Positions 1 to 9,457 are shown, counted from the stretch's first letter. The stretch: 56,470 nucleotides of DNA from Candidatus Kaiserbacteria bacterium (GCA_016217905.1 JACRFL010000012.1:1-56470), one strand, 5' to 3'. The notes: generated from the sequence alone by a model not told the origin. Made by a program: numbers and translations.

Positions 1-2670
1 GGAGGCTCCGGTCTGGTTCACCCAGAGGGAGTTGGCTGCTATGGGAGCGAAGCTGATCGAGGCTGCCGAGCCGCCGACCTGGGAGCCGAGCGTGCCGGAG
101 TTGGTGAGGCCGGTACCGACCGAGAGCGAGGAGGTGGCGACGCCGCCGAGCCGCGCCGGTGTGCCGCCTGTGGTTGTCCAGTACGAGAGTTGTCCTGCGG
201 TCTCGGACGACGAGGTGGAGACGGTCCCAGTGCCGCCACCCGTCGCGGCAAGGGTAGTTCCGTCGAAAGTGAGGTTCGATCCGATGATGACCGATTTCAC
301 CGCGCTTGTGCCGTTGCCCGCGAGGATGCCCGAGAGCGTGGTGGAGCCGGTGCCGCCGCCCGCGGCCGAGAGCGTTCCCGTGATAGTGGGAGGGGCGAAG
401 GTGAAAGCAGTACCGGAGTTGGTGAGAGCGTTTGAGATGGTGAGGCCGTTGAACGTGGTGGCGGTGGAGGTGGCGAGGGTGAGAGCGCCGGTCTGGGCTG
501 CGCCGTACGTCTGGGTGACGGATGAGACGCCGCCGCTGCCGCCCGCAGACACCTGTACGCTTCCGTCGGGGAACTGGATGCCGCCGGTGGTATAAATCTT
601 GCCCGTGACCGAGAGTGCCTGTGACGGGCTCGTCGTGCCGATGCCGAGATTGTTCGTGACGGAGAGATTGGTGAAGCTGCCGGTCGTCGCGGAAACTGAA
701 AGGCCGTTTGAGAGCGTGCCGCCGTCGAATGTGCCGCCGCGGAAATCACCGTTTCGCACGATGAGATTCGAGAGATCCTGGATCATGTTCACCTGCTGGA
801 TCGTCGTGACATTCGTGGCGGTCTGCGCGGCGACCGGCTGGATCATGCCGGCGACCGTCGCGAGGACGTTCGCGCGAAGCGAGTCGAGCGACTGGTTCAC
901 GTAATCTGCGGAGACGCCCTGCACGACGGTGGTGTATGTCGGGTACGTCGAGTAGGACGTACCGGCGTTCGCGCGGGCCGGAGATGACGGGGCCGCGGTG
1001 GCAGCGACGCGCGTTTTCGGTATGCCGCCCGGGAGAACGATAGCGGGAGGCGGGGCGAAGAGAGTCGCGAGCGCGCGATTCGCCGAGTCGAAGAGACTGC
1101 GAATTGTTTTATACGTGGCGAGTGCGGTTTGCTCGCCTCTGGAGAGCGCGGGAGACGCGGCAGCGAGCGCGGCGGCAACAATTTGATTTGAGTAAAGGCC
1201 GGTCGCGACCGAATCAACCCATGTCGGGACGTATGACGTCCCGACGTGGGCGATGTTGCCCAATGCGCCGAGATAGGCATCTTTGAGAGCGGCGGGCGCT
1301 CTGAAGAAGAACTGACCCGTAGCGCGGGACGTGTGATGCGCCAGCCCGATCGGTACGGAGACGAGCGCACGCGCGTTTTCCGCGCCCGCATACGCGAGGC
1401 GGCCGGCGCCCAGAACAAGCTCTACATAGCGGTCCGAGACCGCGCGAGTGAGCGTGACGAAATGGGCTGCCGCTTTGTATTCAGCGTCAAAAACCGCATA
1501 CACGATGGCGGGCGCGAGGACCGCCGGTATTTCGGTGGCGCGCAGATAGAGCGCGGTGGCGAGCGCCGGCGCATTCGCGACCGAGCGCGAGAGCGCGTCG
1601 CCCGCGCCGCCGATGAGCGCGACGGTGACGCGGGCGCTCTCCGGGGCCGCGGCGGCAAGGCCGCGCGCAAGCGCGACATCCGCGCCGATAGCCGCGTGCG
1701 TCGCTTCGATAATCGAGGAGCCGAACCCCAGGTTTGCACGGCTGATGATCCTCGAGGCGGTCGGGAACGCGTCACGCGCGCGGACGGCGAGTGAGAGCGC
1801 CGCCTCTCCGGAAGATTCGACGAACGACCGGTAGAAATGCAACGCGGCGACAATGCGCGCGTATCCATATTCGCCGGTTGCGAAGTACGCTCCCGCAGAC
1901 GCGCGCGCGAGATTCTCCGGCGACGTAAGAAGCGCGTACGCGTCGGCTGCCCCTGATCGCAGATCGCGGACGTCCATGGTCGGACGGATCGCGGATTGCG
2001 CGGACGCAAAAACGACGCGGGAGCGCGCCGGCGCGTTTTCCGGAAGTTCCATCCGCACGGACGAAAGGTCGAATGCCGCAACTCGCGGCGACGCGATACG
2101 CGTGGACAAAGATGCGTTGCGCGCCGCAACGATGGCGACCTGCGCGCGCATCGCGCGGTCGGCTGCGCCGATCCTCGACGCGATGCGCGAAGGGATATCT
2201 CCGAATGTTTCGCCGAATCCGAACGCGACTTCGCCGGAAAGTGATGCCACCCTCTCCGCAAGCTGCGGTATCACCTCCGCTTGTGCCGCGACCGCGCCAG
2301 AGACGACTACCGCGAGTGCGACCGAAAATGCGAGAATCCGCGAGCTGGGAGAAGCGTCCCCGATGCCAATCTGCGGCGGAGCCGAGAACGTCCTTGACAA
2401 AACATTCGAGGCACGGCCAAGGAGCGAGCGGTGCGCGCGATATTCCTCCTCGCGCGCGCGCACGAGCGCGCGCGCATAATCACTCTTGCGATCCCCCTGC
2501 TCGTCGAGAAAGTGTTCGAGCGATATCCTGTCGACGAGCCAATTGCGGCCGATCTTCGTACCGGAAATTTTTCCCGAACGTACGAGACGAGCGAGATAGT
2601 CGGAAGTGTATCCGGAGAGTTCTCCAGCATCTCTTGTCGTTATCAGATTTTCTTTTAAAAAATGATCCAT
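1..2670 (-). CDS. Large HTH-anchored surface protein, C-terminus cut by the window edge (at least 890 aa). Order: N-terminal excisionase/MerR-like HTH, one TM helix, Ala-rich region, Gly/Thr/Ser-rich tail-fibre-like repeats
   Basis: Absent from the supplied track because it has no stop inside the window. I read + strand triplets from position 1 and found no TTA/CTA/TCA up to CAT at 2668-2670 (ATG on the - strand). The upstream in-frame stop is CTA at 2689-2691. Translation starts MDHFLKENLITTRDAGELSGYTSDYLARLVRSGKISGTKIGRNWLVDRISLEHFL. A hydrophobic ILAFSVALAVVVSGAVAAQA follows, and later NLGIGTTSPSQALSVTGKIYTTGGIQFPDGSVQ and GT-rich repeats. Confidence 0.8.
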   Translation of the reverse strand, partial: MDHFLKENLITTRDAGELSGYTSDYLARLVRSGKISGTKIGRNWLVDRISLEHFLDEQGDRKSDYARALVRAREEEYRAHRSLLGRASNVLSRTFSAPPQIGIGDASPSSRILAFSVALAVVVSGAVAAQAEVIPQLAERVASLSGEVAFGFGETFGDIPSRIASRIGAADRAMRAQVAIVAARNASLSTRIASPRVAAFDLSSVRMELPENAPARSRVVFASAQSAIRPTMDVRDLRSGAADAYALLTSPENLARASAGAYFATGEYGYARIVAALHFYRSFVESSGEAALSLAVRARDAFPTASRIISRANLGFGSSIIEATHAAIGADVALARGLAAAAPESARVTVALIGGAGDALSRSVANAPALATALYLRATEIPAVLAPAIVYAVFDAEYKAAAHFVTLTRAVSDRYVELVLGAGRLAYAGAENARALVSVPIGLAHHTSRATGQFFFRAPAALKDAYLGALGNIAHVGTSYVPTWVDSVATGLYSNQIVAAALAAASPALSRGEQTALATYKTIRSLFDSANRALATLFAPPPAIVLPGGIPKTRVAATAAPSSPARANAGTSYSTYPTYTTVVQGVSADYVNQSLDSLRANVLATVAGMIQPVAAQTATNVTTIQQVNMIQDLSNLIVRNGDFRGGTFDGGTLSNGLSVSATTGSFTNLSVTNNLGIGTTSPSQALSVTGKIYTTGGIQFPDGSVQVSAGGSGGVSSVTQTYGAAQTGALTLATSTATTFNGLTISNALTNSGTAFTFAPPTITGTLSAAGGGTGSTTLSGILAGNGTSAVKSVIIGSNLTFDGTTLAATGGGTGTVSTSSSETAGQLSYWTTTGGTPARLGGVATSSLSVGTGLTNSGTLGSQVGGSAASISFAPIAANSLWVNQTGAS

Positions 2671-3388
2671 GTCGGATAGCCGAATTAACTAAATAATAAC
2701 TTGTGATTCCGGCATTTTGTTTAGAAAAGAGGCGGTTGTGTGGATAATATCCGCCATCCCATTGAAATTTCATCGTGCCTTGAAAACAGCATCTTTATTT
2801 ACCGCAGTATCGATGGAAATCTGGTGGAGCGGCTAGGAAATGACATCGAGTCTGCGATCCTCCTCGGTAACGATGTTGGATAAGGCCCTGAAATGCCGTA
2901 GAAATGCAAAAATAGAGCACGAGCGGCCTACAAAATCGTTCAGAGGAACGTTTTTGATACAAACAACATGTAAAAATTAGTTTTCAGGGCATCCGACAAC
3001 TGCGAATTCGATTTTCAAAAAGAATATCGGCAAAATTGCCCTTTCGAAATATCGATGAAAACGCCCGTATATGATGTATCTGTTAGAGATATCGGATATC
3101 CGAAATGTAGTTTTCTCTTATAGTGCCGAGCTGAATGCTCGCAGTGGAAAATACACAAGAAATAAGTGGTTGATAGTTTTTTAAAGTTCGCAAAATATTG
3201 TAATCATGATATTGTGCGAAGTATTGGAATGAAATTGCCTCATATCCCGCTAGATTTCAAATAATGGCGGGAAATTTGTGCGTACGTGCAAATTTTTGAA
3301 CGATACGCATGAAAATCGCCCGGTTCTTTCCGTCCTTCTTATAAAACAAATATCTCGAATAAACGAGACGAGAAAATATGCAAATACG
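2671..3388. other. AT-rich non-coding spacer (about 0.7 kb)
   Basis: The track has no ORF of 60 aa or more between 2774 and 3277 in any frame. The 60-nt line 2941-3000 has 22 G+C (37%), versus over 60% in flanking genes. Confidence 0.7.
2739..2747 (-). promoter_or_regulatory. Perfect DnaA-box consensus 9-mer (sequence match only)
   Basis: + strand TGTGGATAA is TTATCCACA on the - strand. It sits in the loop of the GGCGG...CCGCC hairpin at 2731-2755. Confidence 0.4.
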
Positions 3389-4180
3389 CTATTTTATATA
3401 CACTCTTATTCCGGTGACGGAACTAGCTTGGTTATACGATATGACGTATGCGTCGAAATATCCACTTCCTACGGCCGCGATGAAAACAGCAAACGCGGCA
3501 AGAAGGACTCCGAACGCCTGAACGATTCTGAACGCATTCCCCCTCCTCTTCCTCGGCATCTCTGTGCCTTTGCTTGTACCGCGCCGAAACCCCGCTTCGT
3601 TTCTGGTAAAACGCGGCAGAAGATCTTCCGGCGGCAGCTGATAACTCGACTCGTAGACCGTGCGGATAGGAACGCTCACCTCCCCTTCCTCCAGTTGCCG
3701 CCCCTCGTTCTTCGACTCCGCCTCTTCCGGAGGCTCGTCTTGAACGATTTCAGGTTCGGCGGCATTCGCAACACGCTCGAACCACGATCTCCACGAATCC
3801 TGCAGGTGCCCTTCCGTCGCGTTTTTGGAAGCATCGTTTGCGGGCTCTGCCGGCTCGGGAGTCGCCCCTCCGGCGTCCCGAAGGCGGTTGACCGAAGGAA
3901 GAAGTTCCTCCCCGGAGAAAGCTTCGTAGCGGGGTGCCTCCCATGTTTGCGTGAACGCGGCGGGGACGGGCTGTGCTTCGCTCTCCTGTTCGATAGTCTG
4001 GCTTCCGAAGCGATGATCGTGAATAGCCGATTCGAGAACGTACCAGCTGCGCCCGACAAGACGAGCCGGAACCCTACCTTCTCTGCAAAGTTGTCCGATA
4101 TAATCCTTCGCATATCCCGTTGCCGCCGCAGCTCGTTTTGACGATACGTATTTCTTTTCCCCTATGAGGATCTCGTCCAT
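3389..4180 (-). CDS. HTH-first membrane protein: excisionase/MerR-like HTH, acidic linker, C-terminal TM helix
   Basis: Track ORF 3389..4228. I prefer ATG 4180 (MDEILIGEKKYVSSKRAAAATGYAKDYIGQLCREGRVPARLVGRSWYVLESAI) because TATACT (4187-4192, - strand) lies 6 nt upstream. The C-terminal hydrophobic segment is IVQAFGVLLAAFAVFIAAVGSGYF. Confidence 0.7.
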   Translation of the reverse strand: MDEILIGEKKYVSSKRAAAATGYAKDYIGQLCREGRVPARLVGRSWYVLESAIHDHRFGSQTIEQESEAQPVPAAFTQTWEAPRYEAFSGEELLPSVNRLRDAGGATPEPAEPANDASKNATEGHLQDSWRSWFERVANAAEPEIVQDEPPEEAESKNEGRQLEEGEVSVPIRTVYESSYQLPPEDLLPRFTRNEAGFRRGTSKGTEMPRKRRGNAFRIVQAFGVLLAAFAVFIAAVGSGYFDAYVISYNQASSVTGIRVYIK

Positions 4181-4246
4181 GCTTGCAGTATAGCCGTATC
4201 TCGGCTCGCGCGAAAGTGTTATGCACAATGCTGCTATGCGCTAACC

Positions 4247-5662
4247 TCAAGACGGTAAATTTTTGATAATAATATCTTTCAACAGCGAGGGATTGCCGGC
4301 ACCCTTTGTCGCCTTCATGCTTTTGCCAATCAGGTACTGTAGCGCGGCCTCCTTCCCCGCGCGGTATTCTTCGACCGCCCTGGTCTCTTGTTGAAGAATA
4401 GCAGTAACGGCTGCCTGGAGTTCTTCGGTGTCGTGTACCTGCATGAGCCCGCGTTCTCGCGCGATAATTTCCGGATCTCCTCCCTTCTCGACAAGGATGA
4501 GCAGGGTGTCTTTGGCACCGCGCGAAGAGAGGTCGCCGGAGACTGTAAGTGTGATGAGTTTTGCAAATGCGGACGCATCAAGCGCTGCGTACGCTTCACT
4601 TCCGCGTTTTGCATATATGCCTGCAAGATCTGAAACAATATAGTTCACTGCACGAGCGATCGATTCCTTGTGTTCTTTGAGCGCCGTAGCAACCGCATCA
4701 AAAAATGCAGCGCGCTCCGGGGTCGCGCAGAGGTATGCGACGTCGCCTTCCTTGAGCGCGTACGCGCGCGCGTAGCGCGCGCGCCGATCGCAGGGGAGCT
4801 CCGGCAGCGACGCGCGTATCGCTGCCGTAGAAAATTCGGGAATGTCGGAAAGAATGAGTTTCGGAAGGTCTGGCTCCGGAAAATATCGGTAGTCGGCGCT
4901 CCCCTCCTTGAACCGCTGGTGGAACGTCTCTTGCGTCGCTTCGTTCCATCCGCGCGTCTCCTGCACTACTTCCCCGCCGCCCTCAAGAAGCGCGGTCTGG
5001 CGACGGATCTCAAACGCGATCGCGCGTTCGACAGAACGGAACGAGTTTAGATTTTTCACTTCCACTTTCGTGCCGAATCTTCCCTTTTCCGACGAGACGG
5101 AGACGTTCGCTTCGATGCGCATCTCGCCCTTCTCGAGATTCGCTTCGCCGGCGCCGAGCGTACGCAGGAGCAGCTGCAGCTCGCGCGCGAAGCGCCCCGC
5201 AGTCTCCGCGTCGGCGATGACCGGCTCGGTCACGAGCTCCATGAGCGGGATGCCCGCGCGGTTGAAATCGATGAGGCTCTTCCCGCCCGCGTGGATTGAA
5301 CGTGCGGCGTCCTCTTCGAGGTGCACGCGCGTGATCGCGACGCCCAAGAGCTCTCCGCCGACGACGAGCGGATGTTCGTACTGGCTGATCTGGTAGCCCT
5401 TCGGTATGTCCGGATAAAAGTAGCTCTTGCGGTCGAATTCGCTGAAGTCGGCAAGCGTCCCTCCGATCGCGCTCCCGACGCGAAGGACGTGTCGGACGGC
5501 TTCCCGATTTATCGTCGGCAGCGTGCCCGGGTGCGCCGTGCAGATCGGGCACACGTTCACGTTCGGCCGCGTCTCGTCGGGGTCGTTCGCGGAGTCGCAG
5601 AACATCTTGGTGCGCGTCTTGAGTTCCGCATGGATCTCAAGGCCGATCGCGGGGACATACAT
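4247..5662 (-). CDS. gatB: Asp/Glu-tRNA(Asn/Gln) amidotransferase subunit B
   Basis: MYVPAIGLEIHAELKT... and the full-length GatB-like sequence. The track start at 5701 is a TTG. ATG 5662 is preceded by TACTAT (5670-5675) 7 nt upstream. Confidence 0.9.
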   Translation of the reverse strand: MYVPAIGLEIHAELKTRTKMFCDSANDPDETRPNVNVCPICTAHPGTLPTINREAVRHVLRVGSAIGGTLADFSEFDRKSYFYPDIPKGYQISQYEHPLVVGGELLGVAITRVHLEEDAARSIHAGGKSLIDFNRAGIPLMELVTEPVIADAETAGRFARELQLLLRTLGAGEANLEKGEMRIEANVSVSSEKGRFGTKVEVKNLNSFRSVERAIAFEIRRQTALLEGGGEVVQETRGWNEATQETFHQRFKEGSADYRYFPEPDLPKLILSDIPEFSTAAIRASLPELPCDRRARYARAYALKEGDVAYLCATPERAAFFDAVATALKEHKESIARAVNYIVSDLAGIYAKRGSEAYAALDASAFAKLITLTVSGDLSSRGAKDTLLILVEKGGDPEIIARERGLMQVHDTEELQAAVTAILQQETRAVEEYRAGKEAALQYLIGKSMKATKGAGNPSLLKDIIIKNLPS

Positions 5663-5709
5663 GGTGATCATAGTATGCAGCAGGCGGTGCGTGATACGCA
5701 ACTGACCGC

Positions 5710-6684
5710 CTACCGCTTGGCGAGTATGCGCGAGAGCTCCCGAGTGAACGAGGCGAGCGCCGCAGGATCCTCGACCGATACCCTGAGCGCTTCCCTCCCC
5801 GTCTCCCGGGCGAGAAGTTGGATTTTAGTTTCGCATTCTTCGCGAGAGATGAGGTCTATTTTCGACAGGACGATAATCTCCTTCTTCCGAGCGAGCCCGC
5901 GCTCGAAAGACTCCACCTCTCTCCTCACTTCCTCATACGCCGCAAGCGGGTCATCTTGGCTTGCCGAGACGAGATGCAGAAGAACTCCTGTCCTTTCTAC
6001 GTGTTTAAGAAATTTTATGCCGAGTCCTCGTCCGGACGAGGCTCCCTCGATGATGCCGGGTATGTCGGCAAGGATGTACCCGTGGAAATCTCCAAGATAC
6101 GGTTCGAGGGTCGTGAACGGGTATGCGCCCACCTTTGACTTCGAGCGGGTGAGGGCATTTAGAAGCGAAGACTTCCCGGCATTTGGGAGGCCGATGAGCC
6201 CGGCGTCCGCGATGATCTTGAGCGTCAGTTCGATATCCCCACCCTTCCCTTTTTTGCCGTCCGTCTGCTGGAACGGATTCTGATTCGTCGAACTCTTGAA
6301 ACGGGCGTTGCCGAGTCCTCCTCTGCCGCCGCGGAAAAGGACGACGCGCTCGCCCTCGTCGGTGATCTCATACTCGTCGCCCGTGTCTATGGCGCGCGCG
6401 ACCGTGCCGACCGGTACCGAGAGTACCATATCTTCACCGTTTCCGCCGTGTTTTAATTCGTTCTTTCCGGCTCCCCCATCCTCCGCATGAAATTTTTTCT
6501 CGTAGCGGTACTGCGCGAGCGCCGCTATGTCGCGTACGCCGACAAGAACGACATCGCCTCCCTTGCCGCCGTCGCCTCCGGAGGGGCCGCCGCGCGCGGT
6601 CTCTTTGGTGCGCAGCCAGCGTATGACGCCGTTGCCGCCCTTGCCCGACTCGGCATATATCTTTGCCTCATCAACAAGCGCCAT
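5710..6684 (-). CDS. obg: GTPase Obg (short form, no long C-terminal extension)
   Basis: Gly-rich Obg fold GKGGNGVIRW...GGDGGKGGDV and G1 motif GLPNAGKSSLLNAL. Confidence 0.9.
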   Translation of the reverse strand: MALVDEAKIYAESGKGGNGVIRWLRTKETARGGPSGGDGGKGGDVVLVGVRDIAALAQYRYEKKFHAEDGGAGKNELKHGGNGEDMVLSVPVGTVARAIDTGDEYEITDEGERVVLFRGGRGGLGNARFKSSTNQNPFQQTDGKKGKGGDIELTLKIIADAGLIGLPNAGKSSLLNALTRSKSKVGAYPFTTLEPYLGDFHGYILADIPGIIEGASSGRGLGIKFLKHVERTGVLLHLVSASQDDPLAAYEEVRREVESFERGLARKKEIIVLSKIDLISREECETKIQLLARETGREALRVSVEDPAALASFTRELSRILAKR

Positions 6685-6768
6685 AGAACCTCACCCTATC
6701 ACATCCCGCGGACATAATCATACTTCCCTCATATGGTAGTGTTTTTGTTATCTTCTTGCGTCAATATG

Positions 6769-9297
6769 TTATGAAATAATCTCCCAGCCTTGGGAGAGGA
6801 GCGGTTCGGCCTTTTTATATTTGAGCGTCTGGATGGCATCTCCCTTTTTGATAGTAACGAAATCATTTCTTCCGTGGCCCGCGGACTTCACGACTGGCTG
6901 GGGGGCACTCCCTTCCTCGGCGCCGGCGACGACGAGCGCCGCGCGCGTTTTCTCTTCTTCCGCGCGAATTCGCGCGTCATCGGCTGGCGCAAGGCGCGGC
7001 AGCGCCTCGGCGATCGTTCTCCCGATGTTTTCTTCGAGCTGCCGGAAGCGCTGGAGCCCCTCGCGACGATACTCGATGAGCGGATCCCTCTGGCCGTAGG
7101 CACGGAGCGAGACCGAGCGGCGCAGGTAATCCATAGTCTCGAGATGCTCGAGCCAGAAAGTATCGATGACCTGTAGGACGAGGCGGCGCACCTGACCGAG
7201 GTGCGCGTCGCCCAGCTCGGCTTTCTTCGTCGTAAGTGCCGCAAGTGCCGTTTCGTCTCCACCGACGAGCGTCCGGACGAGCTCCTCGACTTCCGCGCCG
7301 CTCCCGAGCAGGGCGGCGCGCCGCCGAGCGTACACGGCGAGGCGCTGCGTGTTCATCACGTTGTCGTACGCGAGCACCTGCTTCCTTGAGTCGAAGTTGA
7401 ACCCTTCTATGCGGCCCTGCGCGGTCTCGAGAGAACGGGTGATCATCGCGCTCTCGATGGGCTCGTCCTCGGGAATGCCGAAACCGCCCATGACCTTTTT
7501 CAGGGTCTCGCTCGCAAAAACGCGCATGAGTTTGTCCTCGAGGGAAACGTAGAAGCGCGTCTCCCCGGGGTCGCCCTGGCGGCCCGAGCGGCCGCGCAGC
7601 TGGTTGTCGATGCGGCGCGCATCGTGCCGCTCGGTGCCTATAACCGCAAGCCCGCCCAAGGAAACGACGGCGGCGCGCTCGTCGCTCGTCGCGAGCGCGC
7701 CGCCGAGCTTGATGTCCACGCCGCGGCCGGCGAGGTTCGTGGCAACCGTCACGCGCCCCCCCTTTCCCGCCTCGGCGATGATCTCGCCTTCGCGTTCGTG
7801 ATTCTTCGCGTTCAGCACTTCGTGCGGCACGCCTTCCTTCATAAGGAATTCGCTCACCGTTTCGTTGTCCTCGATGGAGACCGTTCCCACGAGAACCGGC
7901 TGTCCCTTCCGGTGCCGCTCCTTCACCGCGCGCGCGACGGCGCGGTACTTCCCCGCCCTCGTCTGGAAAATGAGATCGTCGTAGTCCTTGCGCATGACCG
8001 GCTTATTGGTCGGCACCGCGACGACCTCGAGCTTGTACACCGTGTAAAATTCTTCTTCCGAGGAAAGCGCCGTGCCCGTCATGCCCGCGAGCCGCTCGTA
8101 CATGCGGAAAAGATTTTGGAACGTTACCGTGGCGAACGTGCGCGTCTCCGCCTTCACCTGCACGCCCTCCTTGGCCTCGATCGCCTGGTGGAGCCCCTCC
8201 GACCAGCGGCGACCCGGCTGTAGCCGCCCGGTAAACTCGTCCACGATGACGATCTCGCCGTCGCGCACGACGTATTCCTTGTCGACGTTGAACAGCGCCT
8301 TGGCGCGCACCGCCGTCTCAAGGTGGTGCGCATACTTCATGCCTCCTTCGGTGTAGATATTCTCGAGACCGAGCGCCGTCTCGACCTTCTTCATGCCCTC
8401 CTCGGTGATCTGGATCGCTTTTTGCTTCTCGTCGACGGCGTAATCGGCACCCTCCTGCATGTCGCGGACAATACCCGCGAAACGTTCGTAAAGCATGTGG
8501 GAATCGCCGGCGGGGCCGCTGATGATGAGCGGCGTGCGCGCTTCGTCGATTAAAATCGAGTCGACCTCGTCGATGATCGCGTAGTGGTAGCCCCGCTGCA
8601 CGATCTGGGACGCGTCGTACGCGGTGTTGTCGCGCAGGTAATCGAAGCCGAGCTCGTTGTTGGTCACGTAGGCGAGGTCGGCCGCATACGCCTCGCGCTT
8701 TTCGACCGGCCGGAGATAATTGTAGAACACCTTGAACGAGCCCTCGACATCCCGTTTAGAATCGACCGCGCCCTCCTCTTTCTTTTCGATATGCGAAGGA
8801 TCGTAGAGATACGAACCCGCGGACGTTACGACGCCGACGGTAAGGCCGAGGTAGTGGTACACCTGCCCCATCCAGGCGCCGTCGCGGCGAGCGAGATAGT
8901 CGTTTACCGTCACCACCTGCACGCCCCTGCCCGAGAGCGCGTGGAACGTCGCGGGAAGGGTCGCGACGAGCGTCTTTCCCTCGCCCGTGCGCATCTCGGC
9001 GATCTTACCCTCCGCGAGCGCGAGGCCGCCCGCGATCTGCACATCGAAATGCGGCTGGTGGAGCGTGCGGCGCGCCGCCTCGCGCACGAGCGCGAATACG
9101 AGTGGGAGGTCCGCGGGCAGCGTCGCGCCGGCTTCCCGCGCCCGCTCGCGCACCAGGAGAAGCCGCGCACGCACTGCCTCGTCGGAAAGGCCGGCGAGCT
9201 CTGCGGATAACGCGTTGACCGCCGCGACGCGCGGCGCCGCGGAACGAAGGAAAGCAGCGGATTGGTTTTTCGAGAAGAAACGGGAGAGGCCGAGCAT
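6769..9297 (-). CDS. secA: Preprotein translocase ATPase SecA
   Basis: MRTGEGKTLVATLP and DEVDSILIDEARTPLIISG motifs. The track start 9390 adds 31 non-SecA residues. ATG 9297 (MLGLSRFF) has TGgTATACT ending 8 nt upstream. Confidence 0.92.
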   Translation of the reverse strand: MLGLSRFFSKNQSAAFLRSAAPRVAAVNALSAELAGLSDEAVRARLLLVRERAREAGATLPADLPLVFALVREAARRTLHQPHFDVQIAGGLALAEGKIAEMRTGEGKTLVATLPATFHALSGRGVQVVTVNDYLARRDGAWMGQVYHYLGLTVGVVTSAGSYLYDPSHIEKKEEGAVDSKRDVEGSFKVFYNYLRPVEKREAYAADLAYVTNNELGFDYLRDNTAYDASQIVQRGYHYAIIDEVDSILIDEARTPLIISGPAGDSHMLYERFAGIVRDMQEGADYAVDEKQKAIQITEEGMKKVETALGLENIYTEGGMKYAHHLETAVRAKALFNVDKEYVVRDGEIVIVDEFTGRLQPGRRWSEGLHQAIEAKEGVQVKAETRTFATVTFQNLFRMYERLAGMTGTALSSEEEFYTVYKLEVVAVPTNKPVMRKDYDDLIFQTRAGKYRAVARAVKERHRKGQPVLVGTVSIEDNETVSEFLMKEGVPHEVLNAKNHEREGEIIAEAGKGGRVTVATNLAGRGVDIKLGGALATSDERAAVVSLGGLAVIGTERHDARRIDNQLRGRSGRQGDPGETRFYVSLEDKLMRVFASETLKKVMGGFGIPEDEPIESAMITRSLETAQGRIEGFNFDSRKQVLAYDNVMNTQRLAVYARRRAALLGSGAEVEELVRTLVGGDETALAALTTKKAELGDAHLGQVRRLVLQVIDTFWLEHLETMDYLRRSVSLRAYGQRDPLIEYRREGLQRFRQLEENIGRTIAEALPRLAPADDARIRAEEEKTRAALVVAGAEEGSAPQPVVKSAGHGRNDFVTIKKGDAIQTLKYKKAEPLLSQGWEIIS

Positions 9298-9399
9298 TGG
9301 CGCGCAGTATACCAAAATTTGAAATCCCGAGCACGGGTATCCAAAATACAGTGCGACCGCGTTGTACTTTGGATATCTCTCATATTCCATTCACTCCAT

Positions 9400-9424
9400 A
9401 AAGAAAAACCCCGCATCGGCGGGA
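9400..9424 (-). terminator. Intrinsic terminator downstream of the micro-ORF
   Basis: - sense reads CCCGC CGAT GCGGG followed by GTTTTTCTTT. A second small hairpin, CTGCC/GGCAG, lies at 9436-9449. Confidence 0.5.
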
Positions 9425-9457
9425 TCTTTCTTCTCCTGCCCGTAGGCAGACAGAAAA

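Noticed and set aside
32-2696. Track ORFs overlapping the first 2.7 kb (32..595 +, 297..749 -, 897..1418 -, 1422..2261 -, 1853..2479 +, 2073..2696 +)
   Set aside because: They are Arg/Pro/Ser/Ala-rich shadow frames of the long minus-strand ORF in the third frame. None carries a recognisable motif. The continuous 890-codon frame explains them.
2671-3388. AT-rich spacer with a perfect DnaA box considered as the chromosomal origin (oriC)
   Set aside because: There is only one perfect box plus a few 2-mismatch sites, and no dnaA or dnaN nearby. Genes on both sides, and the rRNA operon at the far end, are all on the minus strand. There is therefore no strand switch of the kind expected at an origin. 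A computed GC-skew plot would settle it.
3278-4141. 287-aa + strand ORF
   Set aside because: It is antisense to the HTH-membrane gene, starts in the AT-rich spacer and is Arg/Leu/Ser-rich with no motif. The minus-strand frame has the HTH and the TM helix.
9298-9390. N-terminal extensions suggested by the track for secA (to 9390), murB (to 11092), Dpm1-GtrA (to 33399), GT9 (to 34522), GT4 (to 35682), SDR (to 43333), gatB (to 5701), murD (to 55105) and the membrane protein (to 29440)
   Set aside because: The extensions overlap the upstream gene or add non-homologous Arg/Pro-rich residues. Internal ATGs restore canonical N-termini and often sit 6-9 nt after a -10-like box.
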